Origin: Felis catus
Lineage: Eukaryota
Direction of reading: 5' to 3'
Assembly: GCF_018350175.1 (NCBI RefSeq)
Contig: NC_058373.1
Span: 13,208,001 to 13,272,000, forward strand
Length of the DNA: 64,000 nt
The notes under the pieces were generated by a model, which ran no database searches, was not told where the DNA came from, and worked only from the letters and a program-made list of their open reading frames with translations. Positions 1-11,739 of this stretch are shown here, one piece after another. Within the stretch, counting starts at the first letter, position 1, and the number at the start of each line of letters is the position of its first letter. The position numbers and the translations under genes are program-made.

Positions 1-419
1 TGGCCACTGCTGTTTTTATTACGCATTTCCCTCTATAAATCAGAAGCCTCCGCTGTTAGGGGAACATACAAGCACACGCGGTAACCGTTCTGTCTTTCTG
101 AATGAGTCTCTGTTACTCTTCCCAGGCGATTTGGTAGCAGCAGCAGCTGTAATGTTGTGTTTGCTAAACTGTTATCACCGCATTCCGTGGTTCAATCTGA
201 GACGTGTAAATAAAGCCAGCATGACGCGGATAAAACCGCCAGATGATCTTTCGTACAACGCAGGGCAACATGAGCAGACTTATCTTGGAAGACCACTGCT
301 TTCGAAACTCTAAATCACCCTCGTATTCTTTCAACCAGACCAGAGGTTTCGCATTCTATTCTCTCTTTGCATTCTTGAAGGGAAGGGGCTTCGGTTCAGG
401 AAGTACCTGGAGTGCACCA

Positions 420-605
420 CGTGCTTTACATACTTTATGATGTGAATGATATTTAATTCTTCAAACACTCAATCAGGAAAGGATGAGCCTTTCCCTTTTT
501 CCAGACAGCAAAGTTGGGACTCAGGAGGAGTGAGGAGTGCGCCGTGATGGCAAACCGAGTAGATGACAAGACAGAGTCAAACCCAGTTCGCTCTGACCAG
601 AGCCT
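420..605 (-). mobile_element. MIR fragment
   Basis: Degenerate antisense MIR core (atttaattcttcaaacac...gagtcaaacccagttcgctctgac). Confidence 0.45.
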
Positions 606-909
606 GTTAGTTTACATAAGGTGCAGGTCTGGGTCGAGCTGGGAAGTCTCATGGGTTGTTTGTTTTTTCTTCCGACTTTTTACCGGTTGGCACCAACAGC
701 CCCTGGGTACCTGAGCTCTTAAATACAAGAATGGAAAGAAATATTTTCAAAAGGCATTCTTTAACATACACTCGCGTGAGTATTGAGCAAAATCGTGCTG
801 GAAGGAAGAGTAGGTGGAAATACGTAACGGAACAAGGTGTCTCCAAATTATATATTCTACAGTAAGGAAAGAGAACAGGCAGCCATAGACATCATAGAAA
901 CAAATGTCA

Positions 910-1140
910 GGGGCGCCTGGGTGGCGCAGTCGGTTAAGCGTCTGACTTCAGCCAGGTCACGATCTCGCGGTCTGGGAGTTCGAGCCCCGCGTCGGGCTCT
1001 GGGCTGACGGCTCAGAGCCTGGAGCCTGTTTCCGATTCTGTGTCTCCCTCTCTCTCTGCCCCTCCCCTATTCGTGCTCTGTCTCTCTCTGTCCCAAAAAT
1101 AAATAAACGTTGAAAAAAAAAATTTAAAAAAAAAAAAAAA
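910..1140 (+). mobile_element. Can-SINE, young SINEC_Fc type
   Basis: GGGGCGCCTGGGTGGCGCAG head, (CT)n and A-tail. 14-bp TSD agaaacaaatgtca at 896-909 and 1141-1154. Confidence 0.97.
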
Positions 1141-2668
1141 AGAAACAAATGTCAAAGAGAACAAATGCGTGCCGAATGCCTACCTCGCGACACATCTGCC
1201 AGACACTTAAGGGGCTTCTTGTGATGGGGACACACTTGCTCTGGAGTGAAGTTCTGGACTGGAATCATTCCTCTGCCACGTGTCCTTTCCTTGCCCAGAA
1301 AATTTCCATTTACCGTTTCCCCCCCATCTGCGCAGGCGTTGACCAGAGAGCTCACAGACACCGCGTTCAATCCAGCAACTAACCAGGCATAAACCCATCT
1401 ATTTTCCTGGGCTTTTCAGGGTCTGCCCCACTAACACCTAGCTTTAAGGGAAGGCTTTTGGATGGTCACTGAAAACACAAGATGCTCTTAGATGGGTCCA
1501 TCCCTTCTTATCTCAAGCAGTGGAGGAGAAGCATCTGATGCTTCTGCTCGAATCGGCCACCTGGCATAGCAGCCTGTCGCGGCATGGCGATTGCCAAATC
1601 TGTTAAGGTGCGTGAAGCCTCCACCCTGCCAGTTCAGAGTGGTGAGTGGGAAAGGGGACAGATTACAGGGTGAGTGTATGTTAAATATATGCAGAATTTA
1701 AACAGTTCTATGGATAAGAGAATAAAAAATAGTCTGAACACATTTAGCATAGTGTTTTGTTTCGCTCATTCCAATGAGTAAATCTGCGCTTAAAGCTTTT
1801 GTTTTTAACTGTTGGGTAAAGCCCTTTTAATGAGTGAATAATAAATTCAGAGTACACGTTTAGGAAATAGTCAAGTAATGATCCCCGCTTTGTCAAGATA
1901 CTTGTTGATGTGCTAACTAAATCGGTGTGTGTTTACATTTCTTGTCTATCCTCTGGGGCCATGACCATATCTCTTAAGTTTACAAGTGGGTAAACTTAAG
2001 TTACAAATCTGCTTAAAGAGGCCTCAACAGTAGTTACTTCAAGAAGACCATTTCTGGAAACATGCTTTTATTCAGGCAGCTGAAAACTTGTATTTATATA
2101 CCTCTCTGTGGAGTATGACTTTTCTTTTAGATCAGATGACTGTTCCACATTTATTGATTTTCCATCCCAAGGTTTCACTGAACACGTATGAAAAATGGCA
2201 AGCTGGCTGTTCATATGTTGACTCGGGTAGCACCAACACATAAAAAAACCTTGTGCAGCGTCAAATAATGGTGGTCTTTTCTGGATGCCATCAAATGACT
2301 CAGAATATCAAATAAGTTTATTCTAAAATTGTTTTTATTTTTTTATCCAATATATGGAGCCAAAATAAAGCTTTTGCTACTTAGTTTTACCAATGACGAA
2401 ATCTCTGACATCAGGAATGCCATTGTAAACTTAGTTGAAACACTGAGCATCGGGGCTTATTGAATTTGGTAGCGACAATATGAATGCAAACTTTGATGAA
2501 GGGCAGCATCATGGCCAATAAGATATTCTTACAAAATGAGGGAATCTATGAGACAGAAATGTACTTGGGATCGGCCGCAGTGCCCTGATTTTCCATGATT
2601 GTGTAGAGACAAGTGATAATGTGCCATCGATTGAATTAGAAGCTGTAGTGTCCACATTTATCAGTATT

Positions 2669-2887
2669 AATTTTTTTTAATGTTTATTCTTGAGAGAGAG
2701 AGAGACAGAGACAGAGCATGAGCGGGGGAAGGGCAGAGCTAGAGAGAGAGAGACATAGAACCTGAAGCAGGCTCCAGGTTCCGAGCCATCAGCACAGATC
2801 CCCAGGCGGAGCTCGAACTCACAAGCCATGAGATCATGACCTGAGCTGAAGTCAGATGCTTAACCAACTGAGCCACCCAGGCGCCCC
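2669..2887 (-). mobile_element. Can-SINE
   Basis: Antisense tail, (GA)n and body ending caggcgcccc. Inserted in the transposase fossil. Confidence 0.95.
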
Positions 2888-3437
2888 TATAAATATTTTT
2901 ATATATACGGTGTTGAGTAGCAACAACAGAGTTTTTCATGACAAGGATATGTCAGATATAAAAAATGTACTTCAGTGTGGCAATGTGCACTCTGTTTTTG
3001 CTGTTGATCATCAATCTGATTTTAGGAATCCTTGAACCTTTAAAGAGCTCTTAGTCAACCTACACATTTTCCAGAGCTATTGAACTCTTGTGCAAAAAGA
3101 AATCTCTACAGTTTTTGTTGAATCTGGGTCATAATCAGTTGGCAATTTTTAATCGAAATCTTCAATGATTGAATGGCAAGTCACTTCATCTCTGAAAGCT
3201 GCTAGTGAGTGGAAGTGAATTTTTTAAAAAGCTAGCAAAAAAGACACTGCCATTTTTTTTTAATTTTTTTCACAAGAACAAGGAATATTTGCCAGAAAGT
3301 AATCGATGAGGTCAAATGCTTTGTGCTATTCAGTGTTTAAACTCTGAAGTTTTCCTTTGAGATGTCTCAATTTGTGGGAAAAAAAATCTTTTGATGTTTA
3401 ATAGAATAAGTATATATCTTAAGATAAATATATATCT

Positions 3438-3660
3438 ATTTTTTTAATTTTTTTCAACGTTTTTTATTTATTTTGGGGACAGAGAGAGACAGAGCATGAA
3501 CGGGGGAGGGGCAGAGAGAGAGGGAGACACAGAATCGGAAACAGGCTCCAGGCTCCGAGCCATCAGCCCAGAGCCTGACGCGGGGCTCGAACTCACGGAC
3601 CGCGAGATCGTGACCTGGCTGAAGTCGGACGCCTAACCGACTGCGCCACCCAGGCGCCCC
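3438..3660 (-). mobile_element. Can-SINE, young SINEC_Fc type
   Basis: Near-consensus body. 17-bp TSD aagataaatatatatct at 3421 and 3661. Confidence 0.97.
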
Positions 3661-5661
3661 AAGATAAATATATATCTTAATGGAGGGAAATTGAGAAGCC
3701 ACTTATTTTTCAGTATGCATTTTGTTAAACGTTGAGAAGAATCATGGAGACAATTTACTTGAAGTTTTATCTTGGAAAGATGTTCGACAGAGAATGTTCA
3801 TACGAACGGATATAAAATATTTGGGCGGAAATATATGCAGATCTCAATACTTAAAAATTAAAATTGATAATGATTTTCTCCATGTAACACATTTTTTGGT
3901 GTGAGATTTCAAGGTACCTCAGCGCCTGCAGAGAGAGTATTGTTGTAATTAAAATTATGATCCACAGTAGAGTCAATTAAAGGTGTCAATTTAATGGCTG
4001 TTAAGTGCAACTCTGAAGATGATTAAGAACAATTTTACGAAATATATAAAAAGATGGCATTAAAAAGTACATTCTTTTGACAAGTACCCTGACCTGGGAC
4101 TATAAATAGATATAACCAGGAAACCAGTTACATATATGAATGTGTAGCACACATAATCATTTTTTATGTATCATTTAAAAATGTTCAGATAACATAAATA
4201 CATTGCTTTTAATATACAAAATACGCTTTTTAAAATATTTGAAGGGCTGTATTTATAAGAATAAAATGGAATAGTTATGTGGGTCCATCAATATGATAAA
4301 ACCAAGTCGACGGTTGATAAGTATTTCAAAGATGATATAATTCTGATTACTTTTAAAAGTATACAGATTTGGTTGACAAATTACTCTCCTTTTAGCTGAG
4401 ACATGGTGGGACTCTTTAACCTTGTCTTCGAATATCAAATAGGCAAACTAAAACATCGAATTCGTGAAAACGTAAAAGGACGTTGTGACAATCATTTGTT
4501 ATTTGGGTTTACTAACTTCCACTTTCTTCACAACCGGAATCTCATCATTTAGGTTTTTCGGAGGGAGGGGAGAAACAAAAAACAGTCAACTGAACTTAGG
4601 AGACTTTTATGAAGTTGAGCTGCATGGAAATTTGAATCCTTTTCCAAGAAATTGTTTTGACCCAAAGCCTATGCTGCTGAAAAGAGGAAGCTACTTTTGC
4701 CCTTTGGGTCAGATTCCCTGGTGCTTTCAAATCCTTCTTTGTAAACACAATACTTGTGTAGCAGACAGAGATGGGTTTTCACCATTGTGCCCGTTAATAG
4801 ATGTTGTGGATTGCTGAGCATAAATTAGGTTGCTCTGGCAACATATCTAATTTTTAATGCAAGCTGCTTGAAGAATTAGAGAGTAAGGGAAATAAGGAAT
4901 TTAAAGAGGGGATGGAAAAAGGAAAAATGTCTTGCAAGTTTGATGTACCGAGAGGACACGAGCCCACCTTCTTCTTCTATACAGAATTCTCGGATTAAGG
5001 AGGTCAGCCCGGATGGTAAGAGATTCTTCAAACCATCCCGGCACCACCCCCTTTACCACAGAGGGGCTGACAGTGGTACATTCTCACCTCTACCCTCTGT
5101 GTGGTCTGTTTTGGCCACACGTGGCTTCAGAAACCAGGACAGGTGCAAGAAGGGAAGTGCTTTTTGACACTTCTGCCATATTGGTGCTTTCACCCGCCAT
5201 CTCTACCTGGGTGGTGGGTTCTCTCTTCCCACCCAAATTGTGTCCAGTTTTATAGAAAAGAGAATACAAGAGGAGAGCGAAATATTTTCTTTCACTTCAG
5301 AGAAGGTTATTCTTAAAATGGTCTCTTCAATTTAGAAGGTTTTGCTCCATAATTTCGCAGAATTCTAACTCCAGTAGAATTCTAGATAGAGAGAAATGAA
5401 AAGTTTTGTTAGATTTCTTTGAGGTTTTGCGTTAGATGTAGTGGCTGCAGTGACCCTGATAGGCAAAAGCCAAGAGGACACCCGCTAAATCCCGGTCACG
5501 ATAGAGTTCCCAGGAAGCTAGATTATAATATCAGAAAATAAGAAATTGTGTAAAAATGCCACTGTTTAGAGACTAGTCTTTTCTCCAACATTTGAGTAAT
5601 TTCCAAATTCTTTTTGTAAACATTAACTGCCTAACATGGTAAAACACATTTGAGATTTTCT

Positions 5662-5899
5662 TTTTTTTTTAATTTAAAAAAAATTTTTAACGTTTCTTTA
5701 TTTTTGATGGAGAGAAAGAAAGAGAGAGCGTGAGTGGGGGAGGGGCAGAGAAAGAGGGAGACACAGAATCTGAAATGGGCTCCAAGCTCTGAGCTGTCAG
5801 CACAAAGCCCGAAGCGGGGCCTGAACTCCCAAACTTTGAGATCATGGCCTGAGTCCAAGTCTGACGCTTAACTGAAGTCTGACCTGAGGCAGCCAGGTC
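5662..5899 (-). mobile_element. Can-SINE, slightly 5'-truncated
   Basis: TSD ttgagattttct at 5650 and 5900. Small internal duplication (aagtctgac) near the head. Confidence 0.92.
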
Positions 5900-6675
5900 T
5901 TGAGATTTTCTAGAAGCAAAGTAAGGATACTATTCTTAGAAGGCTGAATTCTGTTTCATGTGAAGAACGGGAGACCGGGGAAGATGAACTTGTATTTGCG
6001 TCTAATTCTATAAAGGAAAAGCCAGTCGATCATTGGGCAGCCTCCACAGGGATAACCTGTGTAGGATGCAGTCTCTGGCAGTGACTTTGTCTGCTTCCAG
6101 CGGCCTATTGTGTTTCTGAGGCGGTTGCCAAAGGATGACTGAAATGTTCATCGGATTTACAGTGGGTTTAAAACACAACAAAAAATGTAATAGAGTTTGA
6201 CAAAGAAGCCGCAGGAGTAGGAGACGCATCATCGTCTGGAGTTCTCATATACCATGTTGTCACCTGCTGAAAATGTTTCTGAAGGATTGTGAGGGGACGT
6301 GGGGAAGGGGAGCTGGCAGGTGAGCTTGTGAAGCCAGACAGGACGTCGGGCTCAGCCAAATGGAAGGAGCTACGAGTTCTCTGGCAGAAACAGCAGCTTC
6401 CACAGAGAAATGAAGCTCTTGGTTCTGTGGAGTTTCCACACAACATGGCCTCCTACTGAGGTAGCAACTGAGGCACGCTGTGAATGGTTGTATCTGAATG
6501 AGTGGGCCGTAGTTCCTTGGAGTCAATAAATATTTAAGTTGTGAATGATAGGATTCCTCCCTTGGAGTCACTCTGTGGATGAGTACCTTGTTATTGTAAC
6601 ACGGCATAGAGATTTCTATTGTGGAACAATAAAATAAAACGTGACCAAGTTAAGTCTTGCCTTTATGTTTCCTAG

Positions 6676-6785
6676 GAATCCGAGAAAAAGGGGTTAATTG
6701 AAAGAATCTATATGGTACAGGATATTGTTTCAACTGTTCAAAACATCTTGGAGGAAATAGCTTCTTTTGGAGAAAGAATTAAAAA
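6676..6785 (+). CDS. MCTP2: MCTP2 internal coding exon (4th from last), 110 bp
   Basis: Acceptor tttcctAG|GAA, donor AA|GTaagt. Translates [36 protein letters not shown](N), recognised as the MCTP2 C-terminal region. Phase 2 joins the next exon (AA+C = Asn). Confidence 0.96.
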
Positions 6786-6988
6786 GTAAGTTCTACGTTC
6801 GTGCTGTGTTTGAAATGGAGCTGCCATCCATAAGGACGGTGGGGGTAAGAGGGCGGGGGGGGGGAGGGATCAATAAATGCAAAAAAACAAAAAACAAAAG
6901 GTAACAGTGTTGGGGGCAAGTCCTATTTATGTTTGTTGGTTTGTTCTTTGGGCCTGTCCGCTTTACAGTTGGGCAGTGCCTCAGAACC

Positions 6989-7071
6989 GGGGTGACAATA
7001 TGGCCAATTCACACCAATTGCCCTGCCATGATTATCTCCCTCTCAAAATATCTTGGTTTGGGTAATAAATT
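6989..7071. mobile_element. MER81-like hAT-Blackjack MITE remnant
   Basis: ggggtgacaatatg start and ctctcaaaatatcttggtttgggtaataaatt resemble recalled MER81 termini. Confidence 0.5.
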
Positions 7072-7080
7072 AAAGATTTA

Positions 7081-7309
7081 TTTTTATTTAAAAAAATTTT
7101 TTTTAATGTTTATTTATTTTTGAGACAGAGAAAGAGACAGAGCATGAATGGGGGAGGGTCAGAGAGAGAGGGAGACACAGAATCCGAAGCAGGCTCCAGG
7201 CTCCGAGCCATCAGCACAGAGCCCGACGCAGGGCTCAAACCCATGGACCATGAGATCATGACCTGAGCCGAAGTCGGACGCTTAACCGACTGAGCCACCC
7301 AGGCGCCCC
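7081..7309 (-). mobile_element. Can-SINE
   Basis: Full antisense body. Short TSD aagattt. Confidence 0.96.
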
Positions 7310-7454
7310 AAGATTTTTTTTTTAAAGAAGAGTATCCTAATCAGAAATTAAAAAGGAAGGAAATATGCTCTAAAGTTACCTTTTTCAACGAAAACATAGA
7401 CCACAGTGAATGCCTCGAGTCATTTTTTTCTCAACGTATCAAAGGGTGGTACAT

Positions 7455-7635
7455 AGCTAACAGACTTTCTTTATAAGGGGCAGTGAGTAAATGTTTTCAT
7501 CTTGGTGGACCATAACTACTCAATTCTGCTAAGTATGAAATCAGGCATCATTGATACCTAAATGAATGGGTATGAAATGTGTTCTAACAAAACTTTATTT
7601 ACAAACGCAGGTGGCAGGCCAGAGTTGACTGATAT
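7455..7635. mobile_element. MER58A-like hAT-Charlie MITE
   Basis: aactactcaattctgc...aatgaatggg...aaaactttatttacaaacgcaggtggcaggcc matches recalled MER58A. Confidence 0.75.
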
Positions 7636-8509
7636 CCAACCCGTAGCTGTCACTTCCTACCTTAGGGCACAAGGACTAAATATCTAATAGAGTCTCAGTT
7701 GAGAAAGACTCCTTCTGTGATTCTTGTTTGTTTTGTTTTAAGCATCATGAACTCTGTATAACCTGGTCTTCATTTGGGACCAATGAACAGAGCAATTTTT
7801 AATTTTCTTGGCTTTTAAATTGTAAACTTATTTCCTCTTTTAAATCCAGAATTATGTCAACTGTGTTGTTCTTTCTGAAGATTAATACTTTTTTCTTATT
7901 TTGTTGGCCATTCTAGTTTCTGTAAGCAATGAAGATAATACTTTAGAAATTTCATGGGTAAAGAAGAGATTAAAATTAGTGCTGAAAGCCAAGGGAAAGT
8001 TTTATATACCAAGATGCAAGGAAATCAGTAAGTTATAATCAGCAGCAGGAAATATAAATAGTTAATATGGAACTCTCTACGGATACTGAACTTTCTCAGT
8101 TCCTTGTCCAATTCAGTCGGTCTTGTGTGGCCATTTACTATTGGCACAGTAAGACGTGTTCGTTTTGTTTATAAAATAGGTTATAAATCATCTTTAAACA
8201 AATTTGGTAAGTTTTACTGAATTTACATGTTGCTATTCCCATTATCAATGTCTTAGAAGAAAAATTAAAGAGCAGGAAGATTTTTGCTTATATATGTCGG
8301 TGCCTACCTGCTTTTTTCCTCTTGATTTTATATAAATTGACAAAAGGTTTCTTAAATTACCCTCAAGGTTGTTTAACAGAAACGTGACAATAGAAAATAG
8401 TCAAATGTTCAGAAGGGCATAGTAGTTCTCCCTTCATTCACTTATTAACTCTCAGTTCTAAGTTTCAGGCACTGACCTGGTCTAAGAATGAGAAATATTC
8501 CATAAAACC

Positions 8510-8738
8510 ATGATAATAGCAACATCAGCTCACATCATGTGCTGGCCAGACACTGTTGTAAACTCTTCACACATACTAATTTATTTAAGAAGTTACTGAG
8601 AGGAATCAGATTACAGGATTCCTGAAAGCCTATGGATTAAGGATTGTTAATCTACCCATTTTACAGATGAGGAAATGGAATCAGAGAGTGATTAACTCTG
8701 TAGCCCAAGGTCACAGAACTAGTAAGTGAAGAAGCTTA
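8510..8738 (-). mobile_element. MIR
   Basis: cccattttacagatgaggaaa...cccaaggtcacagaactagtaagtg core. Confidence 0.8.
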
Positions 8739-8960
8739 AATTAAAAAAAAAATTTTTTTTTTTTGATATTTACTTTGGGAGTGGAGGGGTGGCGGTGAGC
8801 AGGGGAGGGGCAGAAAGAGAGGGAGATACAGAATCCGAAGCAGGCTCCAGGCTCTGAGCTGTCAGCACAGGGCCCGACAGAGGGCTCGAACTCACGAACT
8901 GTGAGATCATGACCTGAGGCTGAAGTCAGACACTCAACTGACTGAGCCACCCAGGTCCCC
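8739..8960 (-). mobile_element. Can-SINE inserted in MIR
   Basis: TSD tgaagaagctta at 8727 and 8961. Confidence 0.95.
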
Positions 8961-9029
8961 TGAAGAAGCTTAGATGTTAACCCACCCGCCTCACTACTAC
9001 CCTACAATGTCATTTTCCTCTAAGGAGCT

Positions 9030-9400
9030 ATTTCCCAGTGAGGGAGAATAGTAATAAGACAATTAGAATTCAGTTGCACTGATGTGACATAGCGGTAAGG
9101 CAGGCTGTTAGGAGAGATCTGACCAGCCCAGAAAGGGATGTAGGAGAGAGAAAGACCGACAGAGGGTAGTTCTGAAGAAACAATACCTTATCAGCATGTC
9201 TGATAATGGAAAGAGACAGTTGAGGAAAGAGTCGAAGAATCAAGAAGTCAGTAAGTGGGAGACTTTGTGCGAAGGTTCAAAGCCCGAGACTGTACTAGAT
9301 ACAGGGAGTGTGTGGGGGCTTAGTATGTCTGTGTGACAGCAGATGGTGATGGCGGTGCGTGGAGGTAAGGCAGATCGTACAGGGCCTTGAGTGGGTGGAA
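9030..9400 (-). mobile_element. L2 fragment
   Basis: Purine-rich antisense L2 3' region (ggcagatcgtacagggccttg). Confidence 0.45.
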
Positions 9401-11219
9401 AAAAAAAAAAATTGAGTGAGGAACATTCTGGAAGCAAGGAGGATAAGAGGATGTGGAGTGGGGGCAAGACCGAGGAAGGAAGACCGTGTCGTTTGGTAAA
9501 ATTGTCTCCATGCTCAAAGGTCTCTGACAGACAAATGTGGCTGTTGTGCAGCTGATAATGGTCAAGGAAATGTGTCTGATGAGAGAAGAAGGCAGGGCGA
9601 TTTAGACAGGCCCCCATCTCTGCAGTGCGTCTGAGGGGCAGCTGTGCCCAGCACAGCTGTGGTGGCCATGTCTGAGATGTATTTTCAGCCATGAACAGAG
9701 TACTGTTCTGCCCAGCTGCAGCACAGGAAGGAAGGCTCATGAGGCTCTACTCCTATTAATTCTTTGGCCATTCATTACTACTGTGACCTTAAAGGTCCTA
9801 CTGGGCATTCAAGTGGGACGGCATGTGTAACTCTGCTGGAATATTCCATTGTAATTCAGTGTTTAAGGACCAAGAAAACTTTTACCCAACTTCTGGCAAC
9901 TAGTAAATAAATAAGCTTACATAAAACTCTTAGAGCAAGGCTTCCTCATTCCTGACTGGGAAGACCCCATTCATATTTTCTTCTTCTAACTCTTCTCTAC
10001 TTTCTCTAATTATCTTCCCTAATATTGTACTTGTTTCAAACGTTAGCATGTAACAGGCTAGCACAGTCACTGAACATGTAGCATCTAGATTATCTCAGAC
10101 AGCAGGCTGGATGGGTCAGAAGAGTGCTGTATTTTATTTGTCCTGTCATGATGGAGTGTTGGCTTTAACACTTGTATCTTCGCACGGGCAGGGAAATCTC
10201 CACAGAGGAGACGATGAGAAACACGTAGGACAGGGAAGCCATCCCTGCAAATGGTCCAGAGTCAGGTTTGGAAGGCACATCCGTAGGAAGTAGAACTTCT
10301 GTTAGAAAATGGCGTCGAGAAATACTAAGCAGTGAAGATGAGGAAGGAGGTTAAGGGCAGCTTGAATCAAAGCGAGGGCATGGGGAGTGATAGTCTGATT
10401 CAGCCGGTGTTTACTCTGAGAGTGATGTGCTGAAAGGAACAAAGAATGAAGTCAGAAAGACCAAGGAGAGGGCCAGAGGCTAGGTGTGAGGAAAAAGTTC
10501 ACAAGGGAGGATGAGAACCATGCCTCGTGAATGAAAGCATCGTGTGGGGTACATTACAAAAGAGTAATCTATAGAATTATATGACCAGTCGATCGTGTTT
10601 CCATGCGTAGTAAAGTCAGAAGAATTCATTTGTCCTAGCCTGGCAAATGAGAGAAATAATGGTTCCATGGGCATAAAGGTCAACTACTGGGACACCCAAC
10701 TGGGGGAAGAAGTACTGGATGGGGCTGGACCCCCCCTTACCGGATGTAGTCAGTCATTTTTGTTTAGTGCTTTGGAACTGGGAAAATGATATTCTTAAGA
10801 CATATTAGTAAGCCTGAATGATCGAATGAACAAAGAAGAGTCACTGATTTTTTTTTTTTTCCACTAACTGAAGGGTGTGGCTCATTTGTCTCACGACTTC
10901 CCGAGTCAGGGATTGCTTTCTTAGGAATTTAGGGAGCTCTCAAGTCAGGAAAACTAGAGAAGTCTGTGACAATGTTTCACCCAGTGTTTGATTTTGAGAT
11001 GGAAAGCTTAGATTTATCAGGGTTTATCCACCTTGGGTGTTCTTGGAAACTAGCATAAGATATTCCATGATAACAAAGGGAAGGTCTAGTAAGTTCTTGA
11101 GTGTTAGAGGTATTACAGTATAATGTCTTTGAATTAAGTCCTCAGTATGAACAGGAGTATTGAATCAATTAAATGAGCAAAATACACCTTTTTACGTGTT
11201 CTAAAGTGCCTACTGTAGA

Positions 11220-11425
11220 GGGCAGTGAGAGGGCTCTTGAGCTGACTTTCTGAATTCAGATCCCAATTCTGCCACTTGTGTGGAAGGTACGTGATCTGGG
11301 GCCAATTATTTAACTTTTATGACTCAGTCCTCATTTATAGAATGGGAGTAATAATTATTCCTGCTTCATAACATTGTTTTTGTAAGAATTAAAGGAATTA
11401 GTACATGAAAAGAGCTCAGACCAGT
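11220..11425 (+). mobile_element. MIR
   Basis: gatcccaattctgccactt...ctcagtcctcatttatagaatgggagtaataat...aagaattaaagg. Confidence 0.75.
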
Positions 11426-11739
11426 AGACAGACGCATTACTAGCTTAAAAACATGGACTGTTATGAATATTATTTTTGAAAAACTGCCTTGACTTTCTTT
11501 TTCTGTGTCTTAAATTTAAAAAAAAAATGTAAACAGTGAATGTCCCCTTCTTTTTTGAAAACATTAAAATGCTCTCCGCTAACATTGTGAGTTGCTCAGG
11601 GGAAGACGCAAGAGTTAACGGACTTTGCTGTTGGGAGAGCAAATCTGACAGTGTGTTTGTGACAGTGTCTGATACACGTCTTCATTTTTAACACCCAGTG
11701 CTGATACACATGACACACGACTCGCTTGTACACACACAG

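Larger units (their letters stand above)
1850..4300 (+). mobile_element. hAT (Blackjack-like) DNA transposon fossil with decayed transposase
   Basis: Broken reading frames give hAT motifs in order: DFSFRSDDCS (~2117), YPIYGAKIKLL, SDNMNANF (2471), VLGIG, KYFYIY, ILEPLK and GTSAPAERV (3913, dimerisation domain). Many stops and frameshifts. Interrupted by two SINEs. Confidence 0.75.

Noticed and set aside
561..570. gatgacaag (DDK), resembling the end of the preceding MCTP2 exon
   Set aside because: No GT donor follows, there is no acidic run before it, and it sits in a MIR fragment. That exon must lie upstream of the window.
910..990. tRNA-like A/B boxes in SINE heads
   Set aside because: They are part of tRNA-derived SINEs, not tRNA genes.
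9240..9740. 166-aa minus-strand ORF
   Set aside because: It overlaps L2 debris and a poly-A tract, with no domain similarity I can recognise.
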